DNA of 64,000 nucleotides from Candidatus Omnitrophota bacterium (GCA_043826355.1 JBDRQI010000002.1:32001-96000), one strand, 5' to 3'; positions 18,154 to 28,190 are shown, counted from the stretch's first letter. Numbers and translations are program-made. The notes: generated from the letters alone by a model not told the origin.

Positions 18154-19449
18154 TTATAATGGAACACCGCTGTAATCAATAATTTTCGGTCTGCCGTCCA
18201 GTTTCAGTTTGATGACCGTGTCGTTTCGGTCCGGCGGTTCTTTGGGCAGGCCCGTTAAGAAAAGCCGGCCGTCTTTGGTCTGTTTTATCTTTGCCTTTTG
18301 ACCGGTCGCCAGAATGGTGGCCGAAATGACTTTATTTCTTATTCCCGGCATGGAAGCGGTCTCTCCGGGCCAGCGGAAGATATGCCAGTAAAGGCAATTT
18401 CCTTTTGCGGTGGTTTTTCCGGCCATGCCGCCAAACCAATCCCCGACCGGACTGTTATGGGTCGGAATTCTTTCCGAACCATAGATGGATTCAGCGTTAA
18501 TCTTCATCCATTTTCCAATTTCTTTCAACCGCGTTACCTCCTCTTCCCTTACCGTTCCATCCGGTTTTGGCCCGATATTAAGAAGGTAGTTTCCGGTTCC
18601 GCTGGCTGCGGTTACCAGGTGCTGAATTAGTTGGGTGGTTGTTTTAAAGTTGGGGTTGTTTTTGGTATATCCCCAGCCGCAGAAGTCGCCCATTGTCATG
18701 CAGGATTCAGAAGCCCGGCCTGGCTTGGAGGCGGTTACCGTCTGCTCGGGCGTGTCCACGTCCTCGTCCAGACCGGAGCGGTTGTTAATGATGATTTTTG
18801 GCTGAAGGTTTCTTACCATCCAGTTAAGTTCTTTAGAACGCCAGAACGTAGTGCTTTCCGAGGCCATTACTTTGCCGTCTTCCATAGACCGGGGCAGGGG
18901 AACACCCGGTATCCACTCCCCGTCGTAAAAGAGATAATCAATCTTTCCGTAGTTGGTCATCAGTTCCCTGACCTGGCCGTGCAGTTGCTTAACCATCGCC
19001 TGGAAACTTTCCGGGTATTTTTTCATGTTGAAGTACCCGGGAAAGCGCCAGTCCAAAAGGGAGTAATAGAGACCCACCTTAAGCCCGGCTTTGCGGCAGG
19101 ATTTGACGTATTCAGCCACAAAATCCTTCTTGGCTACGGTCTTAACCGAAGTGAAGTCGCTTACCTTGCTGTCAAAGAGGCAGAAGCCGTCGTGGTGCCG
19201 GGTGGTGAGGACCATGTATTTCATCCCGGTCTCTTTTGCCAGGGAAGCCCAGCGGTCAGCGTTAAACTTGGCAGGTTTGAATTGGCCGGCCAGTTTGGCG
19301 TACTCGTCCGGCGGGATGCGTTCTGCAAACATCGTCCATTCGCCCCGGCCCATCAGGGAATAGAGTCCCCAGTGGATGAACATTCCAAACCGCGCCCGGT
19401 TAAACCAGGCCATCCGTTTTTCGTAGGATAAATCACTTTTTGTTTTCAT
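18154..19449 (-). CDS. Alpha-L-fucosidase (GH29), no signal peptide
   Basis: RFGMFIHWGLYS, LTTRHHDGFCLF, YYSLLDW, GNYLLNIGP. Confidence 0.93.
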   Translation of the reverse strand: MKTKSDLSYEKRMAWFNRARFGMFIHWGLYSLMGRGEWTMFAERIPPDEYAKLAGQFKPAKFNADRWASLAKETGMKYMVLTTRHHDGFCLFDSKVSDFTSVKTVAKKDFVAEYVKSCRKAGLKVGLYYSLLDWRFPGYFNMKKYPESFQAMVKQLHGQVRELMTNYGKIDYLFYDGEWIPGVPLPRSMEDGKVMASESTTFWRSKELNWMVRNLQPKIIINNRSGLDEDVDTPEQTVTASKPGRASESCMTMGDFCGWGYTKNNPNFKTTTQLIQHLVTAASGTGNYLLNIGPKPDGTVREEEVTRLKEIGKWMKINAESIYGSERIPTHNSPVGDWFGGMAGKTTAKGNCLYWHIFRWPGETASMPGIRNKVISATILATGQKAKIKQTKDGRLFLTGLPKEPPDRNDTVIKLKLDGRPKIIDYSGVPL

Positions 19450-19471
19450 TGATGGTTTCCTATTATTTTCT

Positions 19472-19523
19472 TAGTGCGAGGCTTTCAGCCTCGCTTCTTT
19501 TGGCGACCCTGAAAGGGCCGCAC
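19472..19523. repeat. REP-like double hairpin
   Basis: GCGAGGCT-TTC-AGCCTCGC and GCGACCCT-GAA-AGGGCCGC. Confidence 0.6.
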
Positions 19524-19540
19524 GGCGTTAAAATGCCGCG

Positions 19541-20416
19541 TTACAGCCCGGCGGCGTCTAAAATTTTGCCGCAGTGCCTCTCCCAGCCAATGGGCATGAT
19601 ATGAATTCCGCGGCACATGCTTTTCAGGTTTCCGATTAGTTCGGAAGCGATCGCAATGCTTTCAGTTACCCGCTGTTCCTTGGGAGCATCAGCCATGCGT
19701 TTGATATAATTGTCCGGCACGTGAACCCCGGAGACGTGTTCGTTCATATATTTTGCCATACCGGCGTTTTTTAACAAAACAATGCCGGCCATTACCGGAA
19801 CCTGGAACTGTTCTGCCTGCCGGATAAACTTTTCAAACGCGTCCACCTCATAAACGGCCTGGGTCTGGAAAAATTCCGCGCCGGCCGCCACCTTCTTTTC
19901 CATTTTTATTAACTGGGGTTCCAGCGGGTCAGCGCCCGGGTTGACCACCGCGCCCAGACAGAAGTGCGGGAACGGTTCCGCCAGTTTGTTGCCAGCCGCG
20001 TCCTGGCCCTGTTCCATCTTTCGGGCTGCCGCCAGCAATTGCACCGTGTCGTAGTCAAAGACCGGCTTGGCGGCGCGGTCGTCGCCTAACATCGGGTGGT
20101 CGCCGGTGAGCGCCAGCACGTTTTCAATCTTGAAGGCGGCTGCCGAAAGGAGGTCGGACTGAAGCGCCAGGCGGTTTCGGTCACGGCAGGTTATCTGGAG
20201 AATCGGTTCCAGACCGGCTTCTTTCAATTTGATGCAGAGCGCCAGGGAACCCAGACGCATTACCGCGCTCTGCAGGTCGGTAACGTTGAAACCATCCACC
20301 CGGTCGGCGAGGACCTTGCCGATATCAATAAACGGCTGGGTTTCCGTCCCTTTTTCCGGGCCGAATTCTACAGTGATTAGAAACTTGCCTGCTTTAATCT
20401 TCTCTTTGAAAGTCAT
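19541..20416 (-). CDS. metF: Methylenetetrahydrofolate reductase
   Basis: NVTDLQSA, QITCRDRNRLALQSDL, LALTGDH, FFQTQAVY. Confidence 0.95.
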   Translation of the reverse strand: MTFKEKIKAGKFLITVEFGPEKGTETQPFIDIGKVLADRVDGFNVTDLQSAVMRLGSLALCIKLKEAGLEPILQITCRDRNRLALQSDLLSAAAFKIENVLALTGDHPMLGDDRAAKPVFDYDTVQLLAAARKMEQGQDAAGNKLAEPFPHFCLGAVVNPGADPLEPQLIKMEKKVAAGAEFFQTQAVYEVDAFEKFIRQAEQFQVPVMAGIVLLKNAGMAKYMNEHVSGVHVPDNYIKRMADAPKEQRVTESIAIASELIGNLKSMCRGIHIMPIGWERHCGKILDAAGL

Positions 20417-20434
20417 GGTTTCTCCTCAACAAAT

Positions 20435-20546
20435 AGATTCTTCGCAAAATCGGCTCAGAATGACAAAAAGTGTGTCATCCTGAGCGGGTAGCGAAGGATC
20501 CCGTTTTAAGATTGCCGCGTCACAAAATACGTTCCTCGCAATGACA
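20435..20546. repeat. Cluster of REP-like units (GTCATCCTGAG / CTCGCAATGAC families)
   Basis: GATTCTTCGC..GCTCAGAATGAC, GTCATCCTGAGC..GCGAAGGATC, GATTGCCGCG..CTCGCAATGAC; related units at 22804 and 38583. Confidence 0.7.
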
Positions 20547-20549
20547 GCG

Positions 20550-21224
20550 TCACACTGCCGCTTTACTGCGCAGCGGTTTTATCTTTTTTGACCAGTCCTT
20601 GGCCGGCTGGTTTGCCTTCATCAGGTCAAGCCGTCCGAGTTCTTTCAGCCGGTTGTAGATTAAAAGCCAGCCGCAGGAACGGTCTCCATCCACCTCGCAC
20701 TTGCCGTTTTTGGTGGTTCCGCCGCAGGGTCCGTTAAGCAGTCCCTTGGCGCAGAGGGTGTGCGGACAGAGTCCACCCATTAAATCCAGGATGCATTCGC
20801 CGCAGAGGCTGCATTTTTCCTCAAAGGTATTAACCAGGCCCGTTGGCGAAAGTTCCGTCTTCCATTCCGGTCCCAGAAAGAGGGTGTCACAGCCGGGCAC
20901 AACCAATTTTTTGGTGATTTCGGTCAGGACCTGGTTGCCCAAGCCGCAGCAGAGGAGCAGAATAACTTCGGCGTCATCCACCGCTTTCCGGCTTGTCCGC
21001 AAATCTTTTTTGACCAGAGGCAACAGGCAGCTCCTTTCCGGCAGAAGGTAACCGGTTACCTCTTTGCCGCTTTCCGTTAAAAATTTTGTCATCTCCTTCA
21101 ATTCCCGCTCTCCACCGGTTCGGCAGGTAGTGGCGCACGACTGACAGCCGGAAAGAAATATTTTTCTAAACGGCTCCAGTTTTTTCAGGATATCTTCCCT
21201 GGATTTCTGAACGGTAACAACCAT
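20550..21224 (-). CDS. metV: MetV-like Cys-rich partner subunit of MetF
   Basis: GCQSCATTCRTGG, CSLCGEC, CPHTLCAKGLLNGPCGG, CEVD..CGW; directly upstream of metF. Confidence 0.88.
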   Translation of the reverse strand: MVVTVQKSREDILKKLEPFRKIFLSGCQSCATTCRTGGERELKEMTKFLTESGKEVTGYLLPERSCLLPLVKKDLRTSRKAVDDAEVILLLCCGLGNQVLTEITKKLVVPGCDTLFLGPEWKTELSPTGLVNTFEEKCSLCGECILDLMGGLCPHTLCAKGLLNGPCGGTTKNGKCEVDGDRSCGWLLIYNRLKELGRLDLMKANQPAKDWSKKIKPLRSKAAV

Positions 21225-21240
21225 TTTTATCCTCCGTGAA

Positions 21241-21302
21241 AATGTAGGGGGCGGGGTTACATCCCCGCCCACGGGAGGGGATGTAACCCCGCCCCCTACA
21301 TT
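21241..21302. repeat. GTAG-type REP palindrome with perfect 26-bp arms
   Basis: AATGTAGGGGGCGGGGTTACATCCCC and its exact reverse complement at 21277-21302. Confidence 0.85.
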
Positions 21303-21310
21303 ACATTAGC

Positions 21311-22159
21311 TTAATATTTTCCCGCGGCCGCAACGGTATTTCTTACCAGCATCGCTACCGTCAGCGGTCCGACTCCGCCCGGCACCGGCGTAATCCAGGA
21401 CGCCCTCTTTTCCGCCTCGTCAAACTCCACGTCTCCGACAAGCTTGTCCGCCACCCGGTTGATGCCGACGTCAACCACGATGGCGCCTTCTTTGACCCAT
21501 TCGCCCTTAACCAGACCGGCCTTGCCTACCGCAACCACCAGGATTTCCGCGCGCCTGACGTGTTCCGGCAGGTTTCCGCGCTGTCCGGTGGCGATATGGC
21601 AGACCGTGACCGTGGCGAACTCCGTCAGGAGCAGAAGCGCCAGCGGCTTACCCACAATTTCAGAATGTCCGACCACCACCACCTCTTTGCCGTAAAGTTT
21701 TTCGTTGGTGGCCTTCAGAAGTTCCATCACTCCGGCTGCGGTGCAGGGCGTGAAGAGCGGTTTTGCCAGCACCAAAAGGCCTAAACTGGCCGGATTGATT
21801 CCTTCCACATCCTTCCCCGGCGCAATCAGGGCCTGGATAGCCCGTCCGTCAAGTTGAGCCGGCAGAGGCATTTGAACAATGATGCCGCTGACCGAGGAGT
21901 TGGAATTGAGCCGGTTAATTTCCGCGGCCAGGTCTGGCTGGGAGATATTTTCCGGCAGGGTCAGCAGTTGGTAGTCAACGCCAGTATTGGCGCAGACCTT
22001 TTGCTGGCTCTTCAGGTAGACTGAGCTGGCCTGGTTTTCGCCGGCCTGGACCGCGACCAGTTTCGGTGTGATTCCTTTCGCTTTTAATTCCGCTGCTTTT
22101 AATTTAACCTCTTCTCCAATCTTTTCCGCAATCGGTCTGCCTTCCAGTAATTTTGCCAT
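21311..22159 (-). CDS. folD: Bifunctional methylene-THF dehydrogenase/cyclohydrolase
   Basis: GIIVQMPLP, KDVEG, PCTAAG, VVDVGINR, ITPVPGGVGPLTVAML. Confidence 0.96.
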   Translation of the reverse strand: MAKLLEGRPIAEKIGEEVKLKAAELKAKGITPKLVAVQAGENQASSVYLKSQQKVCANTGVDYQLLTLPENISQPDLAAEINRLNSNSSVSGIIVQMPLPAQLDGRAIQALIAPGKDVEGINPASLGLLVLAKPLFTPCTAAGVMELLKATNEKLYGKEVVVVGHSEIVGKPLALLLLTEFATVTVCHIATGQRGNLPEHVRRAEILVVAVGKAGLVKGEWVKEGAIVVDVGINRVADKLVGDVEFDEAEKRASWITPVPGGVGPLTVAMLVRNTVAAAGKY

Positions 22160-22162
22160 AAT

Positions 22163-22795
22163 TTACCCTAGTCTTTTTTTGGCTTCGGTTAAAATTGCGT
22201 CACTTTTAGAGATAATCTCTTCCCGGAATGAATTAAGGGCTTTTTTTATTTTTGCCTCATCCGGCAGGTTCAGGCCTCCGGAGAGGTTGATCAGGATATT
22301 GATTTCCGCCACTTCAAAAGCAGCCCGGGCCAGACTGACCGCGCAGGCGACGTCGCTGAGCAGGTACGGATTCCCTTTTTCCAAAAGCGGCTTAGCCAGA
22401 TGTAAGACCTGCCGGGATAATTCCGCAACAAGCATGAGGATTTTATTGCCGGCTTCTGTTGCGGTAATCAATGCTTCCCGCCGGCCCGGCGTTTCTTTAT
22501 TTATTTCCGCGGCCCGGCGGTACTGGAGGTAAGCGACGCTGTCTTCTTCAACCAATTTGGCCGCTTCCTGCTGGATGGTTTCGGTGCTGTTTAAAATCTC
22601 TTTTACTTCGGCTTCAAAATCGAGATAACGTTTATTCCCGATGGTGAAATTGGCCACCATGGAGAGCAGGGCCGCAGACAGGGAAAGTGATAACGCGCCT
22701 GCGCTGCCGCCGCCGGGCACCGGGTCTCTGGATGCGAGCCGCGACAGGTATGTTTTTAACGGGTTCTGCAGGTAATCTATTTTTATTTCAGCCAT
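22163..22795 (-). CDS. fchA: Cyclodeaminase/methenyl-THF cyclohydrolase family (FTCD C-terminal domain)
   Basis: LASRDPVPGGGSAGAL, SMVANFT, GNPYLLSD, NILINL. Confidence 0.85.
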   Translation of the reverse strand: MAEIKIDYLQNPLKTYLSRLASRDPVPGGGSAGALSLSLSAALLSMVANFTIGNKRYLDFEAEVKEILNSTETIQQEAAKLVEEDSVAYLQYRRAAEINKETPGRREALITATEAGNKILMLVAELSRQVLHLAKPLLEKGNPYLLSDVACAVSLARAAFEVAEINILINLSGGLNLPDEAKIKKALNSFREEIISKSDAILTEAKKRLG

Positions 22796-22803
22796 TGCTT
22801 TGT

Positions 22804-22875
22804 TGTCATCCTGAGTGAAACGAAGGATCGCATCTTTCAATACGAGACCCTTCGCAGGACCGGCTCAGGGTGACA
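22804..22875. repeat. REP-like inverted pair
   Basis: TGTCATCCTGAG..CGAAGGATC ... GACCCTTCG..CTCAGGGTGACA. Confidence 0.75.
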
Positions 22876-22942
22876 TCCACAGGGATGTCGTGAAAAAAAT
22901 CACAGACAAAAAAGTAAGTGTAACTCTTTTTCACGCTCTCTG

Positions 22943-23728
22943 TCAATCAAGTTCCAACACCATGCCGTCGGTTGCCGCGATTATCTCCAAGCCGAATTTT
23001 TGGCTCAACCGGTTGGCGATCTCCTTGGGGTCGGCTATCAACACTCTCCGTCCGAAATGGGTCAGGATAATTTTCTTCGCCAGAGGCGAATGCGCCTCCG
23101 GCGTATGCGGTTTGCTGCGGGCGAGAATATCTTCTACCTCGGGAACGGAAAGATGAAAAATTTCCGGCTTTCGTTTTGTCAGGACGACGTTGATAATCAA
23201 CATTTCCCCGCGGAAGTAGTCCGGAATTCCGGGGAAATAAGCAGTGTCGGTGATAAAAGAGACGGTTCGGCGGTCTATTTTGAAATTAAAACCGTAGGTC
23301 TCCACCGGGTGCAGCATTTTGATTGGGGTAAAAGAGATTTTACCCACCCGGTATTCTTTACCCTCTTTTAGAATTTCCAACCGTTCCGGAAAATTTCGAA
23401 TATATTTTTGGATGACCGGTTCCGGGCCAAGCGCGTCCCGGGGCGCAAAGACTGCGCCCCTCTTTGTGTGGCCGCCGGCGGTCATCGCTTCAATCATAAC
23501 ATTGACATCCGCGGAATGGTCCAGGTGTTTGTGGGAGAGGATAACGCCGGTTAGTTTGGTCGGGTCCAGTTTGGGACGGCTCTCCAGCGCCCGAACCAGA
23601 GAACCGGGTCCCGGGTCCAGAATCAGGTTATCCAAACCGCTGGAAATCCAGATTCCGCCTGAGGCGCGCAGTTGTTTAATCATCACAAATCGCGCGCCGG
23701 CCGTGCCCAGAAATTTGATAAAAGCCAT
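22943..23728 (-). CDS. MBL-fold metallo-hydrolase
   Basis: FLGTAGARF, LDPGPGSL, SHKHLDH, HPVETYG, ITDT, ILTHFG. Confidence 0.9.
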   Translation of the reverse strand: MAFIKFLGTAGARFVMIKQLRASGGIWISSGLDNLILDPGPGSLVRALESRPKLDPTKLTGVILSHKHLDHSADVNVMIEAMTAGGHTKRGAVFAPRDALGPEPVIQKYIRNFPERLEILKEGKEYRVGKISFTPIKMLHPVETYGFNFKIDRRTVSFITDTAYFPGIPDYFRGEMLIINVVLTKRKPEIFHLSVPEVEDILARSKPHTPEAHSPLAKKIILTHFGRRVLIADPKEIANRLSQKFGLEIIAATDGMVLELD

Positions 23729-23763
23729 ATGATTTATTCCGGAAAGTTCCAGCGGGTACTTTT

Positions 23764-25020
23764 TCAGATAAATTTTTCAGTAACTCTGCGGGCCATATCG
23801 GCCCATTCCCACAGCCGTCCGGGTTCACCCCGCACCGTGGAAATATCCTTCAGGATAATTTCCGCAACACACCCATTATTGCGTGTTTTTTCAAGAACGC
23901 CGGTAAGTATCTGCCGTGCCTGTTCAAGATTCCATCGGTCGGTAGCCAGGACCGCCGGGTTGGGTTTGTAGGAAAAGACATAGCGGTTGCCCACATTGCG
24001 GACGGCCTGGTCAACGTTGATGCGCGGACTCATGGAAACCTTGCGCAGGTTCGGGATGCTGCACAGGATATCTATCTTTTGGTGGAGGGGTTCGCAGCAT
24101 CCGTAATAGGTGAGGCCAAACTGCTCCAGCCAGGGTTTTTCATAACGTAAAGCAAACTCTTCATGCATTTTGGGGGAGACTTCAGAGAATATCTGCGACG
24201 TGGCGCATCCCCACTGGTCCCGAGTCCGAACGCGGGCCGGATTAAAATCGGGTTGTGGAAGTTCGTCGGTATAGCCGGGTCCTCCGGAACCGATGCGGAA
24301 ATTTCCGTTATCAAGTTTGAAAAGGTTTAACTCTTCGTACTGTTTAATCCGGTGGAGGTAGGCGGATAGCAACCGTTCCATTGCGGCGTGGATAAGTTCC
24401 GGCCGGAGCGTCAGGTCCGTCAGGGCTTCCTGAACGCCGTACCAGGTAACCAGTACGTCCCACGGCGCAAACCACTGCTGCCTAACCCCGTATTTTTCAA
24501 TCTGCAGAATGTCACCGAAAAGGTCGCAGAGGGTCTGATATTCTCGTTCGGTGGCTTCGCGGTTAAAAGAGATTTTCGGCATCTTTATCTTCAGGACATC
24601 CTTTTTAGTCTGAATCTGGGGATAAAAATGGTGTGAGGTAATTGAGGAGTGTTCTCCCCGGATAACGTCTGATTCTTCCCGGATGCCGAAGCCGGTATCG
24701 TGAATCACGGGGTGGGAATAGAACTTCGGTTCCACCGCCATATCCCCCCGAAAATGTTCCCACTGGTAAATCGTCGTACGGAGTTGCCATTCAACTCCCC
24801 GTAGAAAATTGTCACCTGTCTGCAGGGTGAGTTCTTTTTCAGCTTCCAGCAATTCCGGCCAGGGTACTTCGGTAATCCAGACCAGCGGCCGGCCGGGTTT
24901 CAGGCTGTTTAAACGCTTCCATTCCGCAATCGTTTCCTTGTGAATCGGGAGCGAGGCGATTTCCGCCTGGCGCGCCGCCAATTTTCTCAAGATGCCCCTG
25001 TCTTTTTCCGATGGCTTCAT
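23764..25020 (-). CDS. UroD/MtaA-CmuA-like TIM-barrel protein of unknown function
   Basis: SQIFSEVSPKMHEEF, YYGCCEPLH, LRKVSMSP, SYKPNPA; ATG overlaps stop of upstream gene. Confidence 0.65.
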   Translation of the reverse strand: MKPSEKDRGILRKLAARQAEIASLPIHKETIAEWKRLNSLKPGRPLVWITEVPWPELLEAEKELTLQTGDNFLRGVEWQLRTTIYQWEHFRGDMAVEPKFYSHPVIHDTGFGIREESDVIRGEHSSITSHHFYPQIQTKKDVLKIKMPKISFNREATEREYQTLCDLFGDILQIEKYGVRQQWFAPWDVLVTWYGVQEALTDLTLRPELIHAAMERLLSAYLHRIKQYEELNLFKLDNGNFRIGSGGPGYTDELPQPDFNPARVRTRDQWGCATSQIFSEVSPKMHEEFALRYEKPWLEQFGLTYYGCCEPLHQKIDILCSIPNLRKVSMSPRINVDQAVRNVGNRYVFSYKPNPAVLATDRWNLEQARQILTGVLEKTRNNGCVAEIILKDISTVRGEPGRLWEWADMARRVTEKFI

Positions 25021-28000
25021 ATTGGACGGCGGACGATAAGTTCCGGCGCGGCCATGAGACCGCAGGAGACCGACTGGTATTCTTCCTGCCACTCTTTTCC
25101 TTCGGTCGCGTATTGTGGGGAACCGGTCCAGATAGGCCACTTTTTTGCAAGGTGAAGGGGGCCGTGGGAGTTTCTTCGATGGCCAATTATTTCTATCGCC
25201 AGGGTTGACTCTTTTTGTCCGGAAACAAAATCGGTGACATCAATTTCGTAAGGTTCCCAGGCACGGACACCGGCTTCCTTCCCGTCTACCAGGATGCGCA
25301 CAGCAACTCCGCGGTAATTCGGGATGCGCACGAAAAGACGGCCGCCTTCCGGAACAACCGGCTGAATCTTCCTCAAATAACTGACCGAACCGGAGTAAAA
25401 CGGCAGCCCTTGTTCTGTCCAGTCACCCAACTTCAGGGAATGGACCGGTGCGGTAAGTGAGACCCGGGTTCCCGTAACCTCTGCGCCGAAATCACCCAGA
25501 AGGTAGATTATTTCCAGGCCCGGATGGTTCTCATCGTATGCGCATTCCAGGAGAATTTCGTTTTGACCGGAACGAAGCAGGGCAGAGTCAATCGGGACGG
25601 TGCGCAGGGAGCGGTCCACCCACCAGCCGCATTCGGCATCAACGGAAACAGGCGTTCCGTTTAAGCTGATGCGAAAGAGGTGTGGTTTCTCCAGAGCCAG
25701 AGAGATCTTTCCGCCCGGTGTTGCGGCGGATTCAAAGGTATACAGAAGGGAGATTGGAACTGATTTGGGCCTGGGGTTTTTCTGCTGCGCCCAGGGCTGG
25801 ACCATATCCCCGGTGCGGTGCGGAATGCCCAGATAATCGCGGACAACCTTGTCGGCGCGAAGAACTTCATTTTCCGGCTGCCGCTTGTCGTCGGCAATCT
25901 TAAGTTGCGGACGGTCCAGCGGCAGGACGTTTGGTTCTGAGAGACGGATTTCCCAGTCCGGTCCATCCAGGACGGAATGGCTGTTTTCCTTCAGGTGTAT
26001 CCGGGGGCCGGCCTCAACGGAAAGAGATTTTTTGGGTATCAGGAACAACCGGCTTCCCAGCTTCGGAAGATCAGTGTGGATAATGTATCCGTACGGAGTT
26101 TGCCTGGTATCGGCGGCAACTATCTCTCCGGTTTCCGGGTTGAGTTCCAGCGGGGCATACTGCCAGTCGGGAACTCCGCGGATGATAACCTTCGGGAAAA
26201 ACAGGTTTCGCTCGCGCACGCTGAGTTCCTTCTGGATATGACGTTCGCTGCCCGCAAAGTCCTGTCCGGTATTGCAGACAAAGAGGTAGAGGGCGTTTTT
26301 GTCCTCACGCAGCAGATAGAGGACCGGTCCTAATTCCTGCCCCCCTTCCCGGTCGGTAATGGAAATGCGCCGGCAGTTATCTTCCAAAGTTTTGACAAGT
26401 TCTGTGCCGGCTGCCGGCGCCTTCCGGCATTGGGCCGCAAAATCCTTAACCTCGGTTGACGGTGTTGCATCAACGTATTCGGGCGGTTCTCCGGCGAATG
26501 TAATGTGGCCGCCTGCTTTTTGGAAGCGCTTAATAAGAGCCAGGGTGGTGCGGCGCATGGTAAGCATCGGCGGTACCAGGATGCTCCGGTACGAAGCCCG
26601 GCCGATTACGAAAACGGCGCTGCCGTCTTTTTTCCCGATACGGCCGTGCCGGAAAAGAATATCCTCGTCTCCGTAGTCAAAATCCAGGTGGCCGGCCAGA
26701 AGAGCGTCGCTCAACCTCCAGAAGGTGCGGTCATATTTTTCCACTTCCGGGCTTTTCCGCCAGTCAGACCGGAGCAAGACCCACATGCTTTCCACCGGAT
26801 GGATAACCAGAAGGTCCCGCGCTTCTTCCCCCCGGGTCATAACCGTATTGATGCGGCCGAAATAATCTTCTACGCGCGAATAGAACTTCCACCAGGGTGA
26901 CTGGTAGGAGATGGAGGCGGGATAGTCCCGTTTTGCCTCTCCGAGCATGGTGTACCAGGCAAGGTGCTGGCACCGCAGGTTGATACCCAGGGCGGCCTGC
27001 CAGTCGCCTAACGCCTTATGGCCGGAAAAAGGAAAGTCCCAGCCGGTACATCCGTAGGTTTCGGTAAGCCGCCATTTCCGGCCGAATTGCCGGGCAGCGG
27101 AACTTACCTGTTTGGCGACGGTGAAAATCCGCCAGTACTCGGTGAGCAGGTCCATGCCCGGCGCCTGCATGTATTCGTATAAGCGCATGCAGCTGCCCAC
27201 CACATCGGTCTGGCTGGAAAGCGTATCCTCGCCAAGGATGTGACCGGTCAAGAACAGGTTATTTTTCCCGCACCACTCCCCAATCTGACGGCCGAATGAC
27301 TGGACAAAAAGATGCGTCACGCATTCGTGGTAGTGATATCGCGCCGGCGTAAACGACTGCCCGTCAACATCAAGGAAAAGTTCCGGTAGGTGTGCGGTGA
27401 GGTCGTAGCCATAGCGGCGCTTGAAGACCAGAAGCAGTTTTCCGGTCCAGGCGCAAGCAGCGCGCCCGGTCTTTTCCCAATCCTCGGAAAACATGGAAAA
27501 GTTTTGATAGGGTTCATCGGTGAAGATGCCGGGGATGGATTTGCCGAACCGGGAACCAACCTCTTTCCGGTACGCAGCGTAGGTAACCTTGATGAACTGC
27601 CGCACTGCGTCGGGGTTGAGCGTATCAAGATACGTGTACCCGTTGAACCAGGAACTGCCTTCATTAATCTTTACGGAAAAGACCAGCAGTGTTTCTCCGG
27701 GAGAAAGCCGAACCGGTTTCTTCCCGGGTATCCTGCGTACATCACGGGCGGAGGTTCCTTCCACTTTTGCCGCAAATACGGCGACGGTATTCTTGGTCCG
27801 CTTCAGTTTTCGCGGGTCGGATAATTTCTCCATTACCAGAGAGCGCGCCCGGTATCCGGGATTTTTGGTAACCAGGCCGCCGGCCGCACCCGAGGGCCAG
27901 CGGTCCTCATCGTAAAGCCAGGCTTTCATGCCCAGTTTCTCCGCTTCCTCGCAACAGGTGCGGATACAGTCAAACCACTCGTCGGAAAGGTAGGGAGTGT

Positions 28001-28190
28001 CAAGTCCGATTCGGGAATGCATGAAGAACCCGCCCAGGCCCATCTCTTTCATCAGGCGTATCTGGCGCCGGAGTTCATCCGGTTTCAGCTTGCCGTTCCA
28101 TGCCCAGAAGGGCGCGCCCCGGAATAAACTTCCCGGATTTTTAAATTCGCGTTGCAACGTCTTCAGCGTTTCCTGCGTCTTTTTCTGCAT
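25017..28190 (-). CDS. Large glycoside hydrolase, GH106/alpha-L-rhamnosidase-like
   Basis: PFWAWNG, GGFFMHSR, WLYDEDRWPSG, GIFTDEP, ETYGCTGW, GLPFYSG. Confidence 0.75.
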   Translation of the reverse strand: MQKKTQETLKTLQREFKNPGSLFRGAPFWAWNGKLKPDELRRQIRLMKEMGLGGFFMHSRIGLDTPYLSDEWFDCIRTCCEEAEKLGMKAWLYDEDRWPSGAAGGLVTKNPGYRARSLVMEKLSDPRKLKRTKNTVAVFAAKVEGTSARDVRRIPGKKPVRLSPGETLLVFSVKINEGSSWFNGYTYLDTLNPDAVRQFIKVTYAAYRKEVGSRFGKSIPGIFTDEPYQNFSMFSEDWEKTGRAACAWTGKLLLVFKRRYGYDLTAHLPELFLDVDGQSFTPARYHYHECVTHLFVQSFGRQIGEWCGKNNLFLTGHILGEDTLSSQTDVVGSCMRLYEYMQAPGMDLLTEYWRIFTVAKQVSSAARQFGRKWRLTETYGCTGWDFPFSGHKALGDWQAALGINLRCQHLAWYTMLGEAKRDYPASISYQSPWWKFYSRVEDYFGRINTVMTRGEEARDLLVIHPVESMWVLLRSDWRKSPEVEKYDRTFWRLSDALLAGHLDFDYGDEDILFRHGRIGKKDGSAVFVIGRASYRSILVPPMLTMRRTTLALIKRFQKAGGHITFAGEPPEYVDATPSTEVKDFAAQCRKAPAAGTELVKTLEDNCRRISITDREGGQELGPVLYLLREDKNALYLFVCNTGQDFAGSERHIQKELSVRERNLFFPKVIIRGVPDWQYAPLELNPETGEIVAADTRQTPYGYIIHTDLPKLGSRLFLIPKKSLSVEAGPRIHLKENSHSVLDGPDWEIRLSEPNVLPLDRPQLKIADDKRQPENEVLRADKVVRDYLGIPHRTGDMVQPWAQQKNPRPKSVPISLLYTFESAATPGGKISLALEKPHLFRISLNGTPVSVDAECGWWVDRSLRTVPIDSALLRSGQNEILLECAYDENHPGLEIIYLLGDFGAEVTGTRVSLTAPVHSLKLGDWTEQGLPFYSGSVSYLRKIQPVVPEGGRLFVRIPNYRGVAVRILVDGKEAGVRAWEPYEIDVTDFVSGQKESTLAIEIIGHRRNSHGPLHLAKKWPIWTGSPQYATEGKEWQEEYQSVSCGLMAAPELIVRRPI

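Noticed and set aside
16441..22795. Complete Wood-Ljungdahl pathway or acetogenesis
   Set aside because: Only the methyl branch is visible; no CODH/ACS, CFeSP or AcsE in the window
23764..25140. Longer 458-aa start for the UroD-like gene
   Set aside because: Overlaps the upstream glycosidase by over 120 nt; the coupled ATG at 25020 is more plausible
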